Translations under genes and position numbers: made by a program
Origin: an uncultured Candidatus Saccharibacteria bacterium
Lineage (GTDB): Bacteria > Patescibacteriota > Minisyncoccia > UBA6257 > Colwellbacteraceae
NCBI GenBank assembly: GCA_964643135.1
Contig: CAZXPC010000004.1
Location: 4,716-68,715, forward strand
Direction of reading: 5' to 3'
Length of the DNA stretch: 64,000 nt
Part shown: positions 62,872 to 64,000 of the stretch, piece by piece
How the letters are laid out: the number at the start of each line of letters is the position of its first letter
Numbering within the stretch: the stretch's first letter is position 1
Notes under the pieces: model-generated
The model's input: only the letters and a program-made list of their open reading frames with translations
Databases searched by the model: none
Told to the model about the DNA's origin: nothing

Positions 62872-63627
62872 TTGTTCTACTGGAAAAATCTGACTCAGGC
62901 GAAGCGAAACGTGAATTACCTCACGCTCGCGGCGATCGGGTTCATCTTCATTCTGGCTACGAAAGTGTTCATCCCTGGGGCAATCCCATTCGACACTTTC
63001 CAAGTCTGGGAGGCGAAAGGAACCTTCTGGGAAGTCTTCCAGACGTCTTGGTTCGCCTTCGCATGGGCTGGCGCCGTCACAACCTTCGTGTGCGCTGTCA
63101 CCCGAAACGACTGGTTCAAGAATCTCAATGCAGAGGCGTATCTAGAACGAGGCCTCTTGATCAGCATCATCGCAGGAGTTACGGAGGAGATCTCCTTCAG
63201 GTGGATCTTCTTCTACTCATCGATCGCGCTGGTCCAGGGGCTCAACTGGATTCTCTTCGGATGGACGGGCCACGGGCTTCTGGAGTGGCTCTTCGTCAAT
63301 GTACTGGGACGGGGGGCAAACGTTCTCACTTTCCATGGTCTATCCTTCTATCTGGTAGGCGGAGCGGCGTGGTCGGTGGGAGCTGGAATCCTGGCTGCGA
63401 ACGGATTCTTCCAGAACGGCCACCGCTATCTCGGCACATTCGGCTACGTCAATTCCTGGTTCGTCGGCATGCTCTTCTTTAGAATCATGCTGCTGCACGG
63501 AATTGTGGCCGCGATCGCAGTCCATTTCCTCTACGACATGCTCATCTTTGTTATCCAATACATCGATGCGCGGATCGAGAGGCGGCAAGGCTACGCAATA
63601 CCGAGTCGCTCTTTGTTCCTACGATAG
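62872..63627 (+). CDS. CPBP-family intramembrane metalloprotease (CAAX protease / Abi family), GC-rich
   Basis: Motif 1 GVTEEISFRW (EExxxR), motif 2 FHGLSFY, motif 3 HFLYDM, in multi-TM context. Confidence 0.7.
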   Translation: MFYWKNLTQAKRNVNYLTLAAIGFIFILATKVFIPGAIPFDTFQVWEAKGTFWEVFQTSWFAFAWAGAVTTFVCAVTRNDWFKNLNAEAYLERGLLISIIAGVTEEISFRWIFFYSSIALVQGLNWILFGWTGHGLLEWLFVNVLGRGANVLTFHGLSFYLVGGAAWSVGAGILAANGFFQNGHRYLGTFGYVNSWFVGMLFFRIMLLHGIVAAIAVHFLYDMLIFVIQYIDARIERRQGYAIPSRSLFLR

Positions 63628-63632
63628 AACCA

Positions 63633-63670
63633 GCTCGCACGAGGACTCGGTCCAAAGGCGAGCGTTTTTT
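63633..63670 (+). terminator. Putative terminator after the CPBP gene
   Basis: gctcgc...gcgagc stem followed by tttttt; loop is long, so tentative. Confidence 0.35.
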
Positions 63671-63700
63671 ATTTATCCTTAGCCGCTATATACTAAACTC

Positions 63701-64000
63701 ATGGCAGACTTAGCGGTAAATAAACGTGCGCGGTTTGATTATGAAATACTCGAAACCTTTGAAGCAGGCATCGAGCTATTTGGGTTTGAAGTAAAGGCGA
63801 TCCGCGCCGGGCGGCTAAATTTAAGCGGCAGCTATGTTATTATCCGCGGCGAGGAAGCGTATTTAATTAATGCCGATCTGCCGGCATATCAACCGCTCAA
63901 CACACCAGCCGATTATGACCCGAAGCGCTCGCGGCGGCTGTTGCTTCGCAAAAACGAAATAAAAGAACTGATGGGTCGAGTTAAAGAATCCGGCTTGACA
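63701..64000 (+). CDS. smpB: SsrA-binding protein SmpB (5' part; runs off the window)
   Basis: MADLAVNKRARFDYEILETFEAGIELFGFEVKAIRAGRLNLSGSYV matches the SmpB N-terminus (NKKARHDY.I.E..EAGI.L.G.EVKS.R.G...L). Confidence 0.85.
   Translation, partial: MADLAVNKRARFDYEILETFEAGIELFGFEVKAIRAGRLNLSGSYVIIRGEEAYLINADLPAYQPLNTPADYDPKRSRRLLLRKNEIKELMGRVKESGLT

Noticed and set aside
1-64000. CRISPR array / cas genes
   Set aside because: No regularly spaced short direct repeats with unique spacers. The repeats found are long, mosaic and irregularly placed. No Cas-like ORFs.

Overview
The window reads as a small, compact, low-to-moderate GC (about 45-48%) bacterial genome segment with the gene content and style of a Candidate Phyla Radiation / Patescibacteria-type organism. 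That lineage call is inference from gene content only. It contains core housekeeping genes, a surface and attachment gene set, and several accessory features. I see no CRISPR array, transposase, integrase or reverse transcriptase.

**Housekeeping genes**
- Ribosomal protein L25/Ctc.
- Four aminoacyl-tRNA synthetases: hisS, trpS, ileS and argS.
- A glycolysis and pentose-phosphate cluster on the minus strand: a PfkB sugar kinase, transketolase split into C- and N-terminal subunit genes, rpe, rpiB, gap and a class II fructose-bisphosphate aldolase.
- 2,3-bisphosphoglycerate-independent phosphoglycerate mutase, RNase J, SecG, a peptide-type ABC substrate-binding protein, a tRNA-Leu(CAG) and a partial smpB at the right edge.

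**Surface / attachment genes**
- A type IV pilin-like protein fused to a LamG-like domain.
- A subtilisin-like (S8) peptidase and an HExxH metalloprotease-like protein.
- Several very large secreted proteins, four of which carry PG_binding_1-type peptidoglycan-binding domains.
- A 1165-aa protein combining a lipase-like GxSxG domain, proline-rich linkers and a lamin-tail (LTD) domain.
- A repeat-adhesin-like protein with a perfect 267-bp tandem duplication.

**Accessory features**
- A cluster of three GNAT acetyltransferases, two tandem Ham1/ITPase paralogs and a VOC (glyoxalase-family) protein.
- A solo MazF/PemK-like toxin with no antitoxin gene nearby.
- A SpeH-like pyruvoyl enzyme and a SET-domain methyltransferase in one operon, next to a GC-rich, apparently horizontally acquired deoxyhypusine synthase homolog.
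- Further GC-rich (about 60%) islands: a Pro-rich hypothetical, and an acidic protein with a CPBP intramembrane protease.
- Two sensor histidine kinases and two orphan CheY-like receivers.

**Most unusual findings**
- A mosaic family of dispersed intergenic repeats (MITE/BIME-like, or structured-RNA-like) fills essentially every long intergenic spacer in the window. There are at least six loci. They include a roughly 114-nt near-identical inverted pair about 35 kb apart, a roughly 300-bp element with 37-nt terminal inverted repeats, and one module showing a compensatory base change in a hairpin.
- The isoleucyl-tRNA synthetase gene carries an inserted histidine-phosphatase (PGAM-like, RHG...SHG) domain.
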